Shown piece after piece: positions 36,630 to 46,790 of a stretch of DNA of 64,000 nt. The notes under the pieces are model-generated. The model was not told the origin of the DNA. It saw only the letters and a list, made by a program, of their open reading frames with translations, and made no database searches. Source of the stretch: Candidatus Hecatella orcuttiae (lineage in GTDB: Archaea; Thermoproteota; Bathyarchaeia; Hecatellales; Hecatellaceae); the NCBI GenBank assembly GCA_002011035.2, contig MTLY02000003.1, positions 96,001-160,000 on the forward strand, written 5' to 3'. A program made the translations under genes and the position numbers. Position 1 is the stretch's first letter; each line of letters begins with the position of its first letter.

Positions 36630-37547
36630 TTATCCTACCCTAGGGGAAGCCCACCCTAAAAGATTGGTTCTCCTAGGGCTGGCGCAGAAGGCGGTTCCGT
36701 CACAGGGCGCAGTGTTGAGCTTTTCGCAGGCTTCCCGGCAGGAGGCAAACCTCAGCCCGTGGGTGAGGATGAGGTCCCTGATTTTTGAAATCAGCCTAAA
36801 TCTAACCTCTTCCGGGAGGTATCTGTAGCCTAAGATCGCCTTTCCTTGAGAGTAGAGCTTTCTCAGGTTATGGGCGAGCTGAGGGTCGACTGCCTCCAAG
36901 CTTGAGAAGAAGCCTCTGACAGGTTTAAGGCTTGAAACCGTAACTTGCTTAACGCCTACCTCCTTCAAGGCAGTGGTAAGTTGCTTCAGATCTTCTAGGC
37001 TGTCGTTGAGGCCGGGGATGAGAGGGTCTATCCGTGCGGTGGTGGCGATTCCTTCTTCTGCCAGCTTTTCCAAGGCCTTCAGCCTCCGGCTGGGAGGCGG
37101 CGCATGGGGCTCGATGGTCTTCGCCACCTCGTCTCTGATGGTTGTGACGGTTATGGAAACCACTGCCCCCGCCTGTTTGAGGAGGCGTGTATCCCTCAGA
37201 ACAAGGTCGGACTTGGTTACGATGAGCAGAGGGAAACCATGGCCGGTTAGAGCCTCCACGCACTTTCTAGTTATGCGGTAGTCTTTTTCCGCAGGCTGGT
37301 AGGGGTCGGTGCAGTCGCTGAGCATTACAGACAGCTTAGGGCTGGTATGCTCCGCCATCCGTCCGATGGACGCTGGAAGGTTATGTCTAGGTTTAACGGG
37401 CCCTTGGAAGGATGGGAATTTCACCGCGTAACAGTAGAGACATCCGTGGGCGCAGCGTCCAAGATAAGGGTTCACATTGTATTTGGGAGGACAGGTACAG
37501 TAGGCTTGGAGGGGAGATTTAAACCGGCTGAGTTTCTGGGAAGTCAA
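36630..37547 (-). CDS. SplB-like radical SAM protein (DNA repair photolyase-like family)
   Basis: NPYLGRCAHGCLYCYA, TDPYQPAE, VTKSDLVLRD, IEPHAP. Confidence 0.9.
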   Translation of the reverse strand: MTSQKLSRFKSPLQAYCTCPPKYNVNPYLGRCAHGCLYCYAVKFPSFQGPVKPRHNLPASIGRMAEHTSPKLSVMLSDCTDPYQPAEKDYRITRKCVEALTGHGFPLLIVTKSDLVLRDTRLLKQAGAVVSITVTTIRDEVAKTIEPHAPPPSRRLKALEKLAEEGIATTARIDPLIPGLNDSLEDLKQLTTALKEVGVKQVTVSSLKPVRGFFSSLEAVDPQLAHNLRKLYSQGKAILGYRYLPEEVRFRLISKIRDLILTHGLRFASCREACEKLNTAPCDGTAFCASPRRTNLLGWASPRVG

Positions 37548-37553
37548 AAACGT

Positions 37554-38267
37554 TCAACTCTCCTCGACGGCTTCCTGTTCCTCCTCAAGAAGCCTTTGCC
37601 TAGCTGCCTTGAAGGGCGGAGGCTTGTAGGGAGAGTCCAGCACGGTAGCTACTCGTTCCGCCCTTTTTCTTCCAAACCCTTCCACCGAAGAAAGCTCTAA
37701 GCTTGAAGCCTGAAAAAGCCTCCTAACTGTGCCGAATCTACGGAGCATCCTGTCAGCCAACTTGATGCCAATCCTTGGCAGCGAAGAGGCTACTGCCAGC
37801 TGGGCTTCGCCTAAGCTGGAAATTTTACGCCTTTCCCTGACCACGGGCTCTCGGGAGCTGGGGGCGGTCAGTTGCCGCGTTATGACGTAGAGCAGTTCCG
37901 CTGTTTGGTCTTCTTCTGCTGTGAAAAACAAATGGCCTCCGAAGCGGAGGGAAAGGGAGGCCAAAGCGCCCCAGAGGGCGCGGGGATTCGGGAAGCTTTC
38001 CAAGGCGACGTGAAAGTCTCCCTCCACTACGAAAATGGGCTCCTGATAGGCTTCAGCCAGCCTTTGAGCTTGGTTGAAAAGTCTGCCTGAGAAAAGGGAG
38101 CTGAAGAAGTCGTGGGTTTTCTTTCTTTCCACAGCGTAGATGTCTGAAAGCACATAGTCTCCCACGGACAGGTTTCGGTAGACCAAGTGGACTCCGAGAC
38201 TTTCCAGCCGGAAGGGCACCCCGGAGGCTTTTTCTCTGTAGTCGGCTACTATCTTAATCTCCGTCAA
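37554..38267 (-). CDS. xpf: Short-form XPF/ERCC4 endonuclease
   Basis: ADYRE, VGDY, VERK, GRLFNQ, HhH2 motifs LPRIG and VEGFG. Confidence 0.93.
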   Translation of the reverse strand: MTEIKIVADYREKASGVPFRLESLGVHLVYRNLSVGDYVLSDIYAVERKKTHDFFSSLFSGRLFNQAQRLAEAYQEPIFVVEGDFHVALESFPNPRALWGALASLSLRFGGHLFFTAEEDQTAELLYVITRQLTAPSSREPVVRERRKISSLGEAQLAVASSLPRIGIKLADRMLRRFGTVRRLFQASSLELSSVEGFGRKRAERVATVLDSPYKPPPFKAARQRLLEEEQEAVEES

Positions 38268-38378
38268 CCCGTTTCATTCTCCGGATAAAATGAGAGGACA
38301 GCTCAGTCAAAGTTTGAGAAAGCCCAGTTAGTTAAAAAACCTTCCCTCTAAAAGAAATTGTAAGGTGCCCGCTTCAAT

Positions 38379-40565
38379 TTATTCGATGAAATCGCTGACC
38401 TTAGGCGGCTCAGGGGGCAGTCCTTTCCGTTTTCTGATGTTCCTGATAATCTGCCCTATGAGCGAAGATGGCACGTTTTCCCACCTGGAGAATTCTGTTC
38501 CCCAGAAGGCTCTTCCCGCCGTGGAGCCCCTCATGGCTTCGGAGAGGTCGAAGGTTTCGGAGGCAGGGATCTCGCCCACCACGTACATCAAATATTCTTT
38601 CTGCTCCATGGATAGGATCCGCCCTCTTCTCCCAGCAATGATCTTCGTAACGTTTCCTACATGTTCGGAGGGAACCTTCACCGTGACTTTGAGAATGGGC
38701 TCGAGGAGCACGGGATCGGCGGAAAGGAAGCTGGCGTAGAGCGACCTCCGAGTGGCAGGCATGATCTGGGCTGGGCCTGTGTGAACAGGGTCCTCGTGGA
38801 TTTGGGCGTCTTGAAGGCTGACTTTGACGCCTCGAACGATCTCATGGGCGATGGGGCCTTCCTCCATAGTCCAGTTGAAGGCTGAGATGATGGAGTCTTT
38901 AACCACATCCAGCCTTTGAATTCCCTTGGTCACATCGGTTAGGATGTTTCCGTGCTCATCCACTCTCCAAACGCCCTTAGCCTCATCGGGGTCCCAGCCT
39001 AGGTCCCGGAGGGTTTTAGCCATTCTATGTTTGTCGGTGTAGTCGGAGATTTCCCCCTTCTTTATCAGCTCTATGACCTCCGTTTGCAAGGGTTCCACTT
39101 GGACGAAGATCCTGTTATGCTTGTTGGGGGACTTACCCTCGTAAACCTGCCCTTTCTCCCTCACACTTTCCCTGTAGAGAATGATGGGCTGAGAGGTGAT
39201 GATGTCCAAGCCGGCTTTCTGAATCCATGTGGTAGCAATTTCCAAATGAAGCTGCCCCATGCCTGAGATCAGATACTCACCGGTCTCCTCATTTATCTTG
39301 GTCACCAAGTTAGGGTCTTCGATGGAGAGTTTTCTCAGAAAATCCACCAGCCGAGGCAGATCTTTGCTGTGCTTAGGCTCCACAGCCACTGTTACCACAG
39401 GCTCACTTATGTATTGAAGCCCCTCGAAGGGTACTACATCCTTAAACGTGGAGACAGTTTCCCCAGCCTTAGCCTTCTCCAACCCCAAAAGGGCGGGGAT
39501 GTTTCCACAGGGAAGACTGCCCACCACCTCCCGGAATTGCCCCATGTAGATACAGACCTGCTGAATCCGGTAGTCAGATTTGGCCCCTACCAAGTGAACC
39601 ACGTCGCCGGTGTTGAGGACTCCTGAGAAAAGCCTCCCAGTGGCCACGACCCCCGCTTGGGGGTCTACCACCACGTTGGTGACGCACATCACGGCTGGGC
39701 CGTCTCTGTCGCAGTTAATCATAGCCTGCCCTACTTCACTGTCAGGGTCGCCTTTCCAGATTTTAGGTATCCGGTACTTCTGCGCTACGTGGGGGAGGGG
39801 AACGTGGTTTATGAGCATGGGGAGCACAGCCTCGTGGAGGGGGGCTATCTTAACAAGTTCTCCAACCCTCTCCTGCTGATAATATTCTACAATGTCTGAA
39901 AACTTGATGCCCCTCTCCTGCACCATCTGAAGGGTCAGCCCCCAACGGTCCTTAGCCGAGCCGAAAGCAATGTTCCCCGCTGCTAGATTCACCTTCCACC
40001 GGTCCTTATACTCAGGTTCAGCGTAGATTTCAATGAGATTGTTGAAGTCTCGAATAATTCTAGTAAGCTTCTCCTGCACCTGCGCAGGGGTAAGCCTTAA
40101 CTCTTTAATGAGGCGGTCTATCTTGTTGATGAAGAGAATCGGCCTAACTCTTTCTTCCAGAGACTGTCTTGTTACCGTTTCGGTTTGAACCATGACTTCC
40201 TCCACGGCGTCCACTACCACCATGCAGCCATCGATAGCCCTCAGCGACCTAGTCACTCTCCCCGTAAAGTCCACATGCCCCGGGGTGTCGATGAGGTTGA
40301 TGACATATGGTCTGTCTCCAATTTCATAATAGAGGCTGATGTTAGCGGCTTTAATGGTCATCTGCCTCTTCTGTTCCTCTTCTAAGTAGTCAAGGGCTAA
40401 AGCCTGCCCAGCTACCGAGGGGGAAAGCAGACCGGCTGCGGAGAGGAGGGAGTCGGTGAGGGTGGTTTTCCCATGGTCCACGTGGGCGATGATGCCGGCG
40501 TTCCTCACCTGTTCTAGGTTTTGGACTATCTTGGTGATTTCCCCTGTGGTCTTGAACTTAGGCAA
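38379..40565 (-). CDS. fusA: Translation elongation factor 2 (aEF-2 or paralog)
   Basis: AHVDHGKTT, DTPGHVDF, NKID, SPNKHN, HEDPVH; TTG start at 40565 gives MPKFKTT. Confidence 0.95.
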   Translation of the reverse strand: MPKFKTTGEITKIVQNLEQVRNAGIIAHVDHGKTTLTDSLLSAAGLLSPSVAGQALALDYLEEEQKRQMTIKAANISLYYEIGDRPYVINLIDTPGHVDFTGRVTRSLRAIDGCMVVVDAVEEVMVQTETVTRQSLEERVRPILFINKIDRLIKELRLTPAQVQEKLTRIIRDFNNLIEIYAEPEYKDRWKVNLAAGNIAFGSAKDRWGLTLQMVQERGIKFSDIVEYYQQERVGELVKIAPLHEAVLPMLINHVPLPHVAQKYRIPKIWKGDPDSEVGQAMINCDRDGPAVMCVTNVVVDPQAGVVATGRLFSGVLNTGDVVHLVGAKSDYRIQQVCIYMGQFREVVGSLPCGNIPALLGLEKAKAGETVSTFKDVVPFEGLQYISEPVVTVAVEPKHSKDLPRLVDFLRKLSIEDPNLVTKINEETGEYLISGMGQLHLEIATTWIQKAGLDIITSQPIILYRESVREKGQVYEGKSPNKHNRIFVQVEPLQTEVIELIKKGEISDYTDKHRMAKTLRDLGWDPDEAKGVWRVDEHGNILTDVTKGIQRLDVVKDSIISAFNWTMEEGPIAHEIVRGVKVSLQDAQIHEDPVHTGPAQIMPATRRSLYASFLSADPVLLEPILKVTVKVPSEHVGNVTKIIAGRRGRILSMEQKEYLMYVVGEIPASETFDLSEAMRGSTAGRAFWGTEFSRWENVPSSLIGQIIRNIRKRKGLPPEPPKVSDFIE

Positions 40566-40661
40566 CTTCCAGTAACCTTCTGTCAGCGTTACGGCTATCA
40601 CATAACGTCGAATTTTAAAAAGTTGTTGTTCGCTTTCCGGAAACCCCGTTTAAGCTTGCTT

Positions 40662-41261
40662 TCACTCGATAGTGGCATGCCTTGCCCTTAGGTCTTTCTC
40701 AGTCTTACCCAGTCTGCGCATCAACACCGTCACAAGGCTGTCTAAGAACACGGTGGAGGCTACTTCGAAAACCGTGCCCAAGGGGGCTAAGGGCTCATGA
40801 ACTCCCAAGATCTGTCTTGAAAAGTAGTCGCGGTCCTTCGCCAGTTTCGTTCTTCCCCGAACGATCACGGTATGATCCGCTTGCTTCCCTAGCGGGGAGT
40901 TGCGGTGCGAGGTGATGGCCACTATCTTGGCTCCCACCTTCTTGGCTATTCTGGCCGCTGTAACTATCACCGTCGTTGTCCCTGAACCTGATATGGCGAG
41001 GAGGATGTCGTCTCTCTCAACTGCAGGGGTTATGGTTTCGCCGACGACGTGAACGTTGAAATTCAGGTGCATAAGTCTCATGGCGAAGGCTCTCCCCACC
41101 AAGCCGCTTCGCCCAGCCCCTATGACCATGATCTTTTTATCGCTTCTTTTAGCTTCGATGAGAAGGTCGATAAGTTTGTTGACTTCCTCTAGATCCAGTT
41201 TGCTTACAGTCAGCGAAATAGACCGGAGGATCTCATCTATTACGGTTTTAAGTTCCTCCAA
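40662..41261 (-). CDS. hxlB: 6-phospho-3-hexuloisomerase (SIS family)
   Basis: GAGRSGLVGRAFAMRLMHL, ISGSG, APLGTVFE, RHATIE. Confidence 0.93.
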   Translation of the reverse strand: MEELKTVIDEILRSISLTVSKLDLEEVNKLIDLLIEAKRSDKKIMVIGAGRSGLVGRAFAMRLMHLNFNVHVVGETITPAVERDDILLAISGSGTTTVIVTAARIAKKVGAKIVAITSHRNSPLGKQADHTVIVRGRTKLAKDRDYFSRQILGVHEPLAPLGTVFEVASTVFLDSLVTVLMRRLGKTEKDLRARHATIE

Positions 41262-41314
41262 CCCGCATCATCTTCAAGGAAGACTGTAGCCTTTGGGGAG
41301 ATTAAGCTTATGAG

Positions 41315-41737
41315 TCACCGAACTACCAGCACAGGGCACGAAGCCCACCTTATCACCCTTTCAACCGTGCTACCTAAGAGGATTCTTTTGATCCCGGTGA
41401 GGCCTCGGGTTCCCATCACGATAAGGTCGACTTTCGCCTCGTCCGCCAAGTCCAGTATGGTCTCAGTGGGCACTCCTTCGCGGATAAATTCCTCCACCTC
41501 CACGTCCTCGGTTTGAGCCTTTTCAACGATCTTTTTAACGGCTTCGGAGCCTAAGGCTTTCAGGTGCTCTAAGGCTTTTTCCCTATCCTCAGGCTTAAAG
41601 CCGGCAAGCGCGTGGCTGTCCACCACGTGGAGTATGATGAGCTTGGAGCCGAAGATTCTGGCTAGGTTTATGCCGTGCTCCGCAGCCTTAAAGGAACCTT
41701 GAGAGCCGTCGGTTGGGATGAGGATGCTCCTGTACAT
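41315..41737 (-). CDS. Universal stress protein
   Basis: ILIPTDGS, DLIVMGTRG, LLGSTVERV, CPVLVVR. Confidence 0.95.
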   Translation of the reverse strand: MYRSILIPTDGSQGSFKAAEHGINLARIFGSKLIILHVVDSHALAGFKPEDREKALEHLKALGSEAVKKIVEKAQTEDVEVEEFIREGVPTETILDLADEAKVDLIVMGTRGLTGIKRILLGSTVERVIRWASCPVLVVR

Positions 41738-41823
41738 GGCTTACAGCCTCCTTTTAGTGGTCGGGTTTTGAGTTTAAATTAGTTTCTATGTCTTCTAAAA
41801 AAGGAGGTTCAGAACCCGCCGGC

Positions 41824-42591
41824 TCAGCCGACGATTGTAGGGATCTTTACATAAATCCGCGTAAAAACGATGAAAAATAGGGCTAAAACCGCGAGTCCTA
41901 AGGCCGCTAGGTCGGTTCTCCTGAATTTTAAGCTATACAGGCTTGTCCTCTGTTTTTTCACCCCGTAGCCTCTAGACTCCATGGCTTCAGCCAGTTCCAT
42001 GCTTCTTCTCAGAGAATTGGCAACCAAAGGAATTAGGATGGGCAAATAGTTTTTCGCTCTTCGAAGAAGGTTACGGCCTTCTAGCTCAAGGCCTCTGGAA
42101 CGCTGCGCGTCGGCTATGGACCTAGCTTCAGCGGCCAAGACGGGAACAAACCTCATGGCCATGGTCAAGGCGAAACTCACGTCAAAAGGGATGCGGGCTT
42201 TCTGGACAGCTAGGCTGAAATCATCCGGAGCTGTGGTGAGGAAGAAGATGGAGAAGGAGGAAATCAGAATTAAGAACCTCAAAGCCATGGCTATGGAGAA
42301 ATCCAAAGGCCTGCCTGTTACGCCGACGACGGAAAAGAAAAAGTTTAAAGCAAAAATGACGGCGGCGAAGACGGAGGCTCCTTTCAAGACGGTTAGCCAT
42401 TCCTTAGTTATCCTACCCACGACGGTTAGAGGCAGCATGGAAGCCAAAATCACCAGCAGGGGAAGAGTCTTACCTAAAACCAACGCTCCGACCACGTTCA
42501 CGCAGGCGAGGAAGAATTTCACCCTAGGGTCTAACCTGTGGAGGAGGGTGAAGCCTTTTTTGAACTTAAAGCTTTTATAATGTATCATCAA
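41824..42591 (-). CDS. ecfT: ECF transporter transmembrane component T
   Basis: LDPRVK, MRFVP, AQRSRG, AMESRGY. Confidence 0.93.
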   Translation of the reverse strand: MMIHYKSFKFKKGFTLLHRLDPRVKFFLACVNVVGALVLGKTLPLLVILASMLPLTVVGRITKEWLTVLKGASVFAAVIFALNFFFSVVGVTGRPLDFSIAMALRFLILISSFSIFFLTTAPDDFSLAVQKARIPFDVSFALTMAMRFVPVLAAEARSIADAQRSRGLELEGRNLLRRAKNYLPILIPLVANSLRRSMELAEAMESRGYGVKKQRTSLYSLKFRRTDLAALGLAVLALFFIVFTRIYVKIPTIVG

Positions 42592-43415
42592 CCTCGCTTA
42601 AGCCTCCGGAGGTTTTCCATCAGCAATTCGCTTGCTTCCTCCACCCCGAAAACAGCCTTGGGGAAACCCAAGCGCGAGAGAGGGTCGAAGACCTCGACCA
42701 GTTGGGGGAGGGTCAGTGCGCCTTTCTTAATCAGCTCCCTGTCGGTCAGAACCTCTTCCACCGGGCCTGAGGCGATAACCCTGCCTGCTGCCATTAGTAG
42801 AATTTTGCAGCTGCATTCGGCCACAAATTCCACATCGTGGGTGACGACCACCACAGTTCTGCCCTCTCGGCTTATTTCTGACAAAAACTTTCTGAGGTTT
42901 GATTTCTGCTCGTAATCTTGGCCGATGGTAGGTTCGTCTATGATCAAATACTTCGGATCCCAAGCGAGGACGCTGGCTAGGGCGACTCTTTTCTTTTCCC
43001 CGCCGCTGAGAGTGAGAGGGGAAGCCTGCCTGTACTCTTCCAAGCTGAGAAGCCTCAGCACTTGGTCGGTTCTCTCCTCAATTTCCGCCCGGTTGAAGCC
43101 GAAGTTTTTCAAGGCGAAGGCTATTTCATCCTCCACGGTTTCGCTGAAAAGCTGGTGATCTGGGTTTTGGAAGACAAGGCCTACTTTTCTTGAAAGTTCC
43201 GCCACCGTCGCGCTTCCTGTATCCACGTCGTCGACCAAAACCCTTCCTTGGGTCGGCTTTAAGAGGCCGTTGAAATGTTTTATCAAGGTTGTTTTCCCAG
43301 CGCCGTTCTCCCCCATGACAGCTAGGAAATCCCCCTCCCTGACTTCAAGGGTGACATCCTTGAGCACTTCCACGCCCGGCAGATAGGAGAAAGAAACTTT
43401 CTCCAGCCGAATCAC
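42588..43415 (-). CDS. ecfA: ECF transporter ATPase
   Basis: GENGAGKT, FQNPDHQL, LSGGEKKR, IIDEPT. Confidence 0.93.
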   Translation of the reverse strand: MIRLEKVSFSYLPGVEVLKDVTLEVREGDFLAVMGENGAGKTTLIKHFNGLLKPTQGRVLVDDVDTGSATVAELSRKVGLVFQNPDHQLFSETVEDEIAFALKNFGFNRAEIEERTDQVLRLLSLEEYRQASPLTLSGGEKKRVALASVLAWDPKYLIIDEPTIGQDYEQKSNLRKFLSEISREGRTVVVVTHDVEFVAECSCKILLMAAGRVIASGPVEEVLTDRELIKKGALTLPQLVEVFDPLSRLGFPKAVFGVEEASELLMENLRRLKRG

Positions 43416-44251
43416 CGGTTCAACGCCTCCATGAGCTTGGCTGAAAACTCCTCAGGAGAGAGGGAAACAGGCGGAGGGATGAGGTTTTTTTCAGCCAGCA
43501 GCCTATGAAGCTCGGCAACCTTTGGAATTCCTATTCCCCTCAGCTTTTCAGCCGCTCCGCTTAGAATTTCTCGAGGGTCTCCGTCCGCTAAGATGCCGCC
43601 CTTCTCCATAACCACCATCCGGCTGGCGTGTTTAAGGGCCATTTCTAGGCGGTGTTCCACCATCAGAACAGTGATGCCTAATTCTCGGTTGAGCTTGGCG
43701 ACGGTTTCCATGATGCTCTTAGCTGAAGCAGGGTCGAGGAAGGAAGTAGGCTCGTCGAACACCATCACAGAGGGCCTCATCGCCAAAACGCAGGCTATAG
43801 CTGCCTTCTGCTGTTCCCCCCCTGAAAGCTCATGGGGAGCTGAATCTTTCAACTTCCCAATGCCCACAGCCTCCAAGGCCCAGTCAATCCTCCGACGAAT
43901 TTCGGCGGGAGGAAGACCTAAATTTTCCAGCCCGAAGGCTACATCCCTCTCCACCGTAAGGGAGAAAAGCTGGTTTTCGGGATTCTGAAAAACTAAACCC
44001 ACATGCTGCGCCAGCTCCCGGGTGGGGTGGCTGAGAACGTCCAGCTGTGCCACCTGAATTTTTCCGCTGAGGTCTCCTCCGTAAAAGTGAGGTATAAGCC
44101 CGTTGAGACATCGGCATAAAGTCGTCTTCCCGCAGCCTGAAGGCCCGGCTAAGACGACGAATTCCCCTTTCCGAATTTGCAGATTCACATCTTTAAGCGC
44201 CGGCTTCCCAGCTTCAGGATAGGTGTAGACCAGCTCTTCGATTTCTATCAT
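43412..44251 (-). CDS. ecfA: ECF transporter ATPase
   Basis: GPSGCGKT, FQNPENQ, LSGGEQQK, VFDEPT. Confidence 0.93.
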   Translation of the reverse strand: MIEIEELVYTYPEAGKPALKDVNLQIRKGEFVVLAGPSGCGKTTLCRCLNGLIPHFYGGDLSGKIQVAQLDVLSHPTRELAQHVGLVFQNPENQLFSLTVERDVAFGLENLGLPPAEIRRRIDWALEAVGIGKLKDSAPHELSGGEQQKAAIACVLAMRPSVMVFDEPTSFLDPASAKSIMETVAKLNRELGITVLMVEHRLEMALKHASRMVVMEKGGILADGDPREILSGAAEKLRGIGIPKVAELHRLLAEKNLIPPPVSLSPEEFSAKLMEALNR

Positions 44252-44308
44252 GACTGCAGCCGAACCTAGGTCTCCAGTGATCCATTAAAACGTAGCTACC
44301 ATAAAATG

Positions 44309-45325
44309 TTAACCAACCTGGGCTTTGATGAGTTTAACCGCCTCAAAGAGAATCTGGTTTAGGTCTCCTTGGCAGTTGACACCGGCCGACGTGGGGTGTC
44401 CTCCCCCCGTCCCTGAGAAAACCTCCCCCACCATCATCGCCACATCCCTCCCCAAGTGTATGCCGGTTTCCTCGTAGAAGTCGGGAGTTGACCTGAGGCT
44501 AACTCTAACTTGGCCCTTTTTCTCTCCCCCAACCACCGCCACATGGCATCCTAACGTGAGAAGCCCTCGGGCTGCTGAAGCCTGATGAGAGTTCACATTG
44601 GAAACCGCCAGCAACCATTCGTTCAATTTGTGAATTTGAAGCCGCTCCGCCGCCTTTAACCTTGCAATTCTCTCCGACCGGGACATGGGTTTATACATGG
44701 CTGCGAGAGCTTTTTCGACATGAATACCCTTACCCACCAGCTCCGCCAAAATTCGGAAAGTCTGGGCTGTAGCATAGCGGAAAGCCTTTGTTTCATAGGC
44801 TATTCCGAAGAAGAGCCCCAAGGCCTCCTTCTTGGAAAGACGGAGGCCAGCTTGGCGGCAGAGTCTGTAGACTATTTCGCATGCGGATTTGGCTTTTCCG
44901 TCGACCAGCATGAGAGAAGCCAGCTTCCTTGTGTTGGGATGAACGGTGTGGTGATCCACCAAAATTAGGGGTTTTCCGCTGCGCTCCACCTTCGCTCCCC
45001 ATTCATCCAACTGCCCCATGGTGCTCGTATCCACGAGAACTAGAAGATCCGCTTCCTTCAACTTGGGAAAATCAACTAACTTAACTGGCACATGTTTCAT
45101 CAAAAGCTTGGACATGTCGCTGGGGCCTTGGACAGCGAAAATATCAGCGCGAAGTCCCGGCCTAAGCCTCCTTAAAAGCTTTGAAAAAACGAAGGAAGCA
45201 AACAAGGCATCAGGGTCAGCGTTATGGTGGCATAAGATGAGAGCTCTTTGAAAAAATTTTCTTCTTAAAAAGATCTTTAAAACCTTAAGCCGCAATACCT
45301 TTTGCTTAGCTAAGAAGGAAAACAT
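44309..45325 (-). CDS. DHH/DHHA1 family phosphoesterase
   Basis: HHNADPDA, VDHH, GGGHPTSAG. Confidence 0.92.
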   Translation of the reverse strand: MFSFLAKQKVLRLKVLKIFLRRKFFQRALILCHHNADPDALFASFVFSKLLRRLRPGLRADIFAVQGPSDMSKLLMKHVPVKLVDFPKLKEADLLVLVDTSTMGQLDEWGAKVERSGKPLILVDHHTVHPNTRKLASLMLVDGKAKSACEIVYRLCRQAGLRLSKKEALGLFFGIAYETKAFRYATAQTFRILAELVGKGIHVEKALAAMYKPMSRSERIARLKAAERLQIHKLNEWLLAVSNVNSHQASAARGLLTLGCHVAVVGGEKKGQVRVSLRSTPDFYEETGIHLGRDVAMMVGEVFSGTGGGHPTSAGVNCQGDLNQILFEAVKLIKAQVG

Positions 45326-45385
45326 CTACCCTACCCTGAGGCTAAAGCTTGTTCTACAACGTAGCAGGCTTGTAGTTTCCTTGAG

Positions 45386-45754
45386 TCAACTGGGTGGAGC
45401 TGTTTTCAGCCTTGTTTGAAGCTGCTGTTGGACTTCTCTTAGTTTCTCCCGGGTTTTTTCTTCCTGTTTACCGAGGACGTTAGCCCGGACATTGAGAAGC
45501 TCCTTTTTCTCCGTGAGGTCTTTCGTGATCGACGACTTGTCTTTTTTGACAAGGATGGAGCCTATGGACTTGTAAACGGAGGCATCGTCAGACATGGACT
45601 GCAGCTCTTCCAAAGCTCGATTGGTGTCGGTGAGCTCCATCTCCACCTGCTGTTTTTGGGCGACGATAACCTGCAAAGTCTGCTGAAGCTGCTGCAGCCT
45701 TGCCAGTTGTTCTTGGAGGTTTGCGGGAAGCTCGGAAGTTTCTTCTCCCATCAA
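45386..45754 (-). CDS. pfdB: Prefoldin beta subunit
   Basis: Coiled coils flanking the VYKSIGSILVK hairpin; syntenic with pcc1 and Brix. Confidence 0.95.
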   Translation of the reverse strand: MMGEETSELPANLQEQLARLQQLQQTLQVIVAQKQQVEMELTDTNRALEELQSMSDDASVYKSIGSILVKKDKSSITKDLTEKKELLNVRANVLGKQEEKTREKLREVQQQLQTRLKTAPPS

Positions 45755-45818
45755 CTACCACTTATCCCTTCATCCAACACTCTATGACAGTTAAATAAGA
45801 TTTACTCTTTAATAACAT

Positions 45819-46121
45819 TTAGCAGCCGGCTTCTGTTAAACTGTTCTCCCTTAAACGTCTTGGAGTGGAAACCTCATCCAAGACGGCGATGATGCTGTTC
45901 AGCTGCGAGAACCACCGGCAAAAAGAGTTCACAGCAGCTCTGAGAGAGGTTATCCCGGAGGCATGAAAATCCATCACAAGGAGCTTCCCCCTAACTTTAA
46001 CCTTCACCCTAGACCTAGCGCTTGGGGTTGTCCCTGTTTCAGGCTTCAACGCCTCATAGATCACCCTAGCTTTTCTTTCGCTGGGAAGACTGACAGTTAT
46101 GAGAACCCCGGCTTTACTCAA
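45819..46121 (-). CDS. pcc1: KEOPS complex subunit Pcc1
   Basis: ALKPE...RS...SLRAAVNSF pattern and synteny. Confidence 0.88.
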   Translation of the reverse strand: MSKAGVLITVSLPSERKARVIYEALKPETGTTPSARSRVKVKVRGKLLVMDFHASGITSLRAAVNSFCRWFSQLNSIIAVLDEVSTPRRLRENSLTEAGC

Positions 46122-46744
46122 GCATCTTCTCTCCCATTTTCAAAATTGTTAACAGTATCGCCCCATTCGATCCCGCGCAGGGATATAAAGGGGCCGATCT
46201 CCTTGAATCCGTTGATGGATGAGTAAAAAGTAATCCCGCGTAGGAAAGTTTTCTCCTCCAACAGCTTCATGTAAGCCCAGTTATTTTTTAATCCTTCTCC
46301 AGGAGAGAGGGGGACCGCTCCGAAGATTTTACTTAACACGTGTGCAAGTTTCTGCCCTTCTGGGGTGGAAGCCTTGAAAACTCCCAATCTACTGATTCTC
46401 TTTCTAGACTTTCTCCACGTTATGTCGAATTCTCTTTGCAGCCGTACTCCTTTAATGTAGAGGACCGGTGGAATCTGAGTCAGCGTCCCCCCTTCGGTTT
46501 TGTAGAAATCTATTCTCCCAGGGCCTCCCGCCCATCTGCCTAGGATCATTACGTACTTCACACCCATCTCCTCAGCTGTTTCCGCCAATCCTGAAAGACT
46601 CATCTTACCCCTGTTCACTCTATATGAGCGAGGGGACACTGTGTGAAGGTCCCTCATCAGAGTTCTCATGGATCTGGTGGGTTCTCTTGAGCTGGTGATC
46701 AGCAGATGATAAGATGAACCCCTTACATATGTGAAGGTATCCAT
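46118..46744 (-). CDS. Brix/Imp4-like ribosome biogenesis protein
   Basis: LITSSREPT, VNRGKMSL, GGPG, EIGP. Confidence 0.88.
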   Translation of the reverse strand: MDTFTYVRGSSYHLLITSSREPTRSMRTLMRDLHTVSPRSYRVNRGKMSLSGLAETAEEMGVKYVMILGRWAGGPGRIDFYKTEGGTLTQIPPVLYIKGVRLQREFDITWRKSRKRISRLGVFKASTPEGQKLAHVLSKIFGAVPLSPGEGLKNNWAYMKLLEEKTFLRGITFYSSINGFKEIGPFISLRGIEWGDTVNNFENGREDA

Positions 46745-46790
46745 GTTCAGTCACTGAATGTCAACGCCGAAAACTTTTGGGAAGCCCCAG

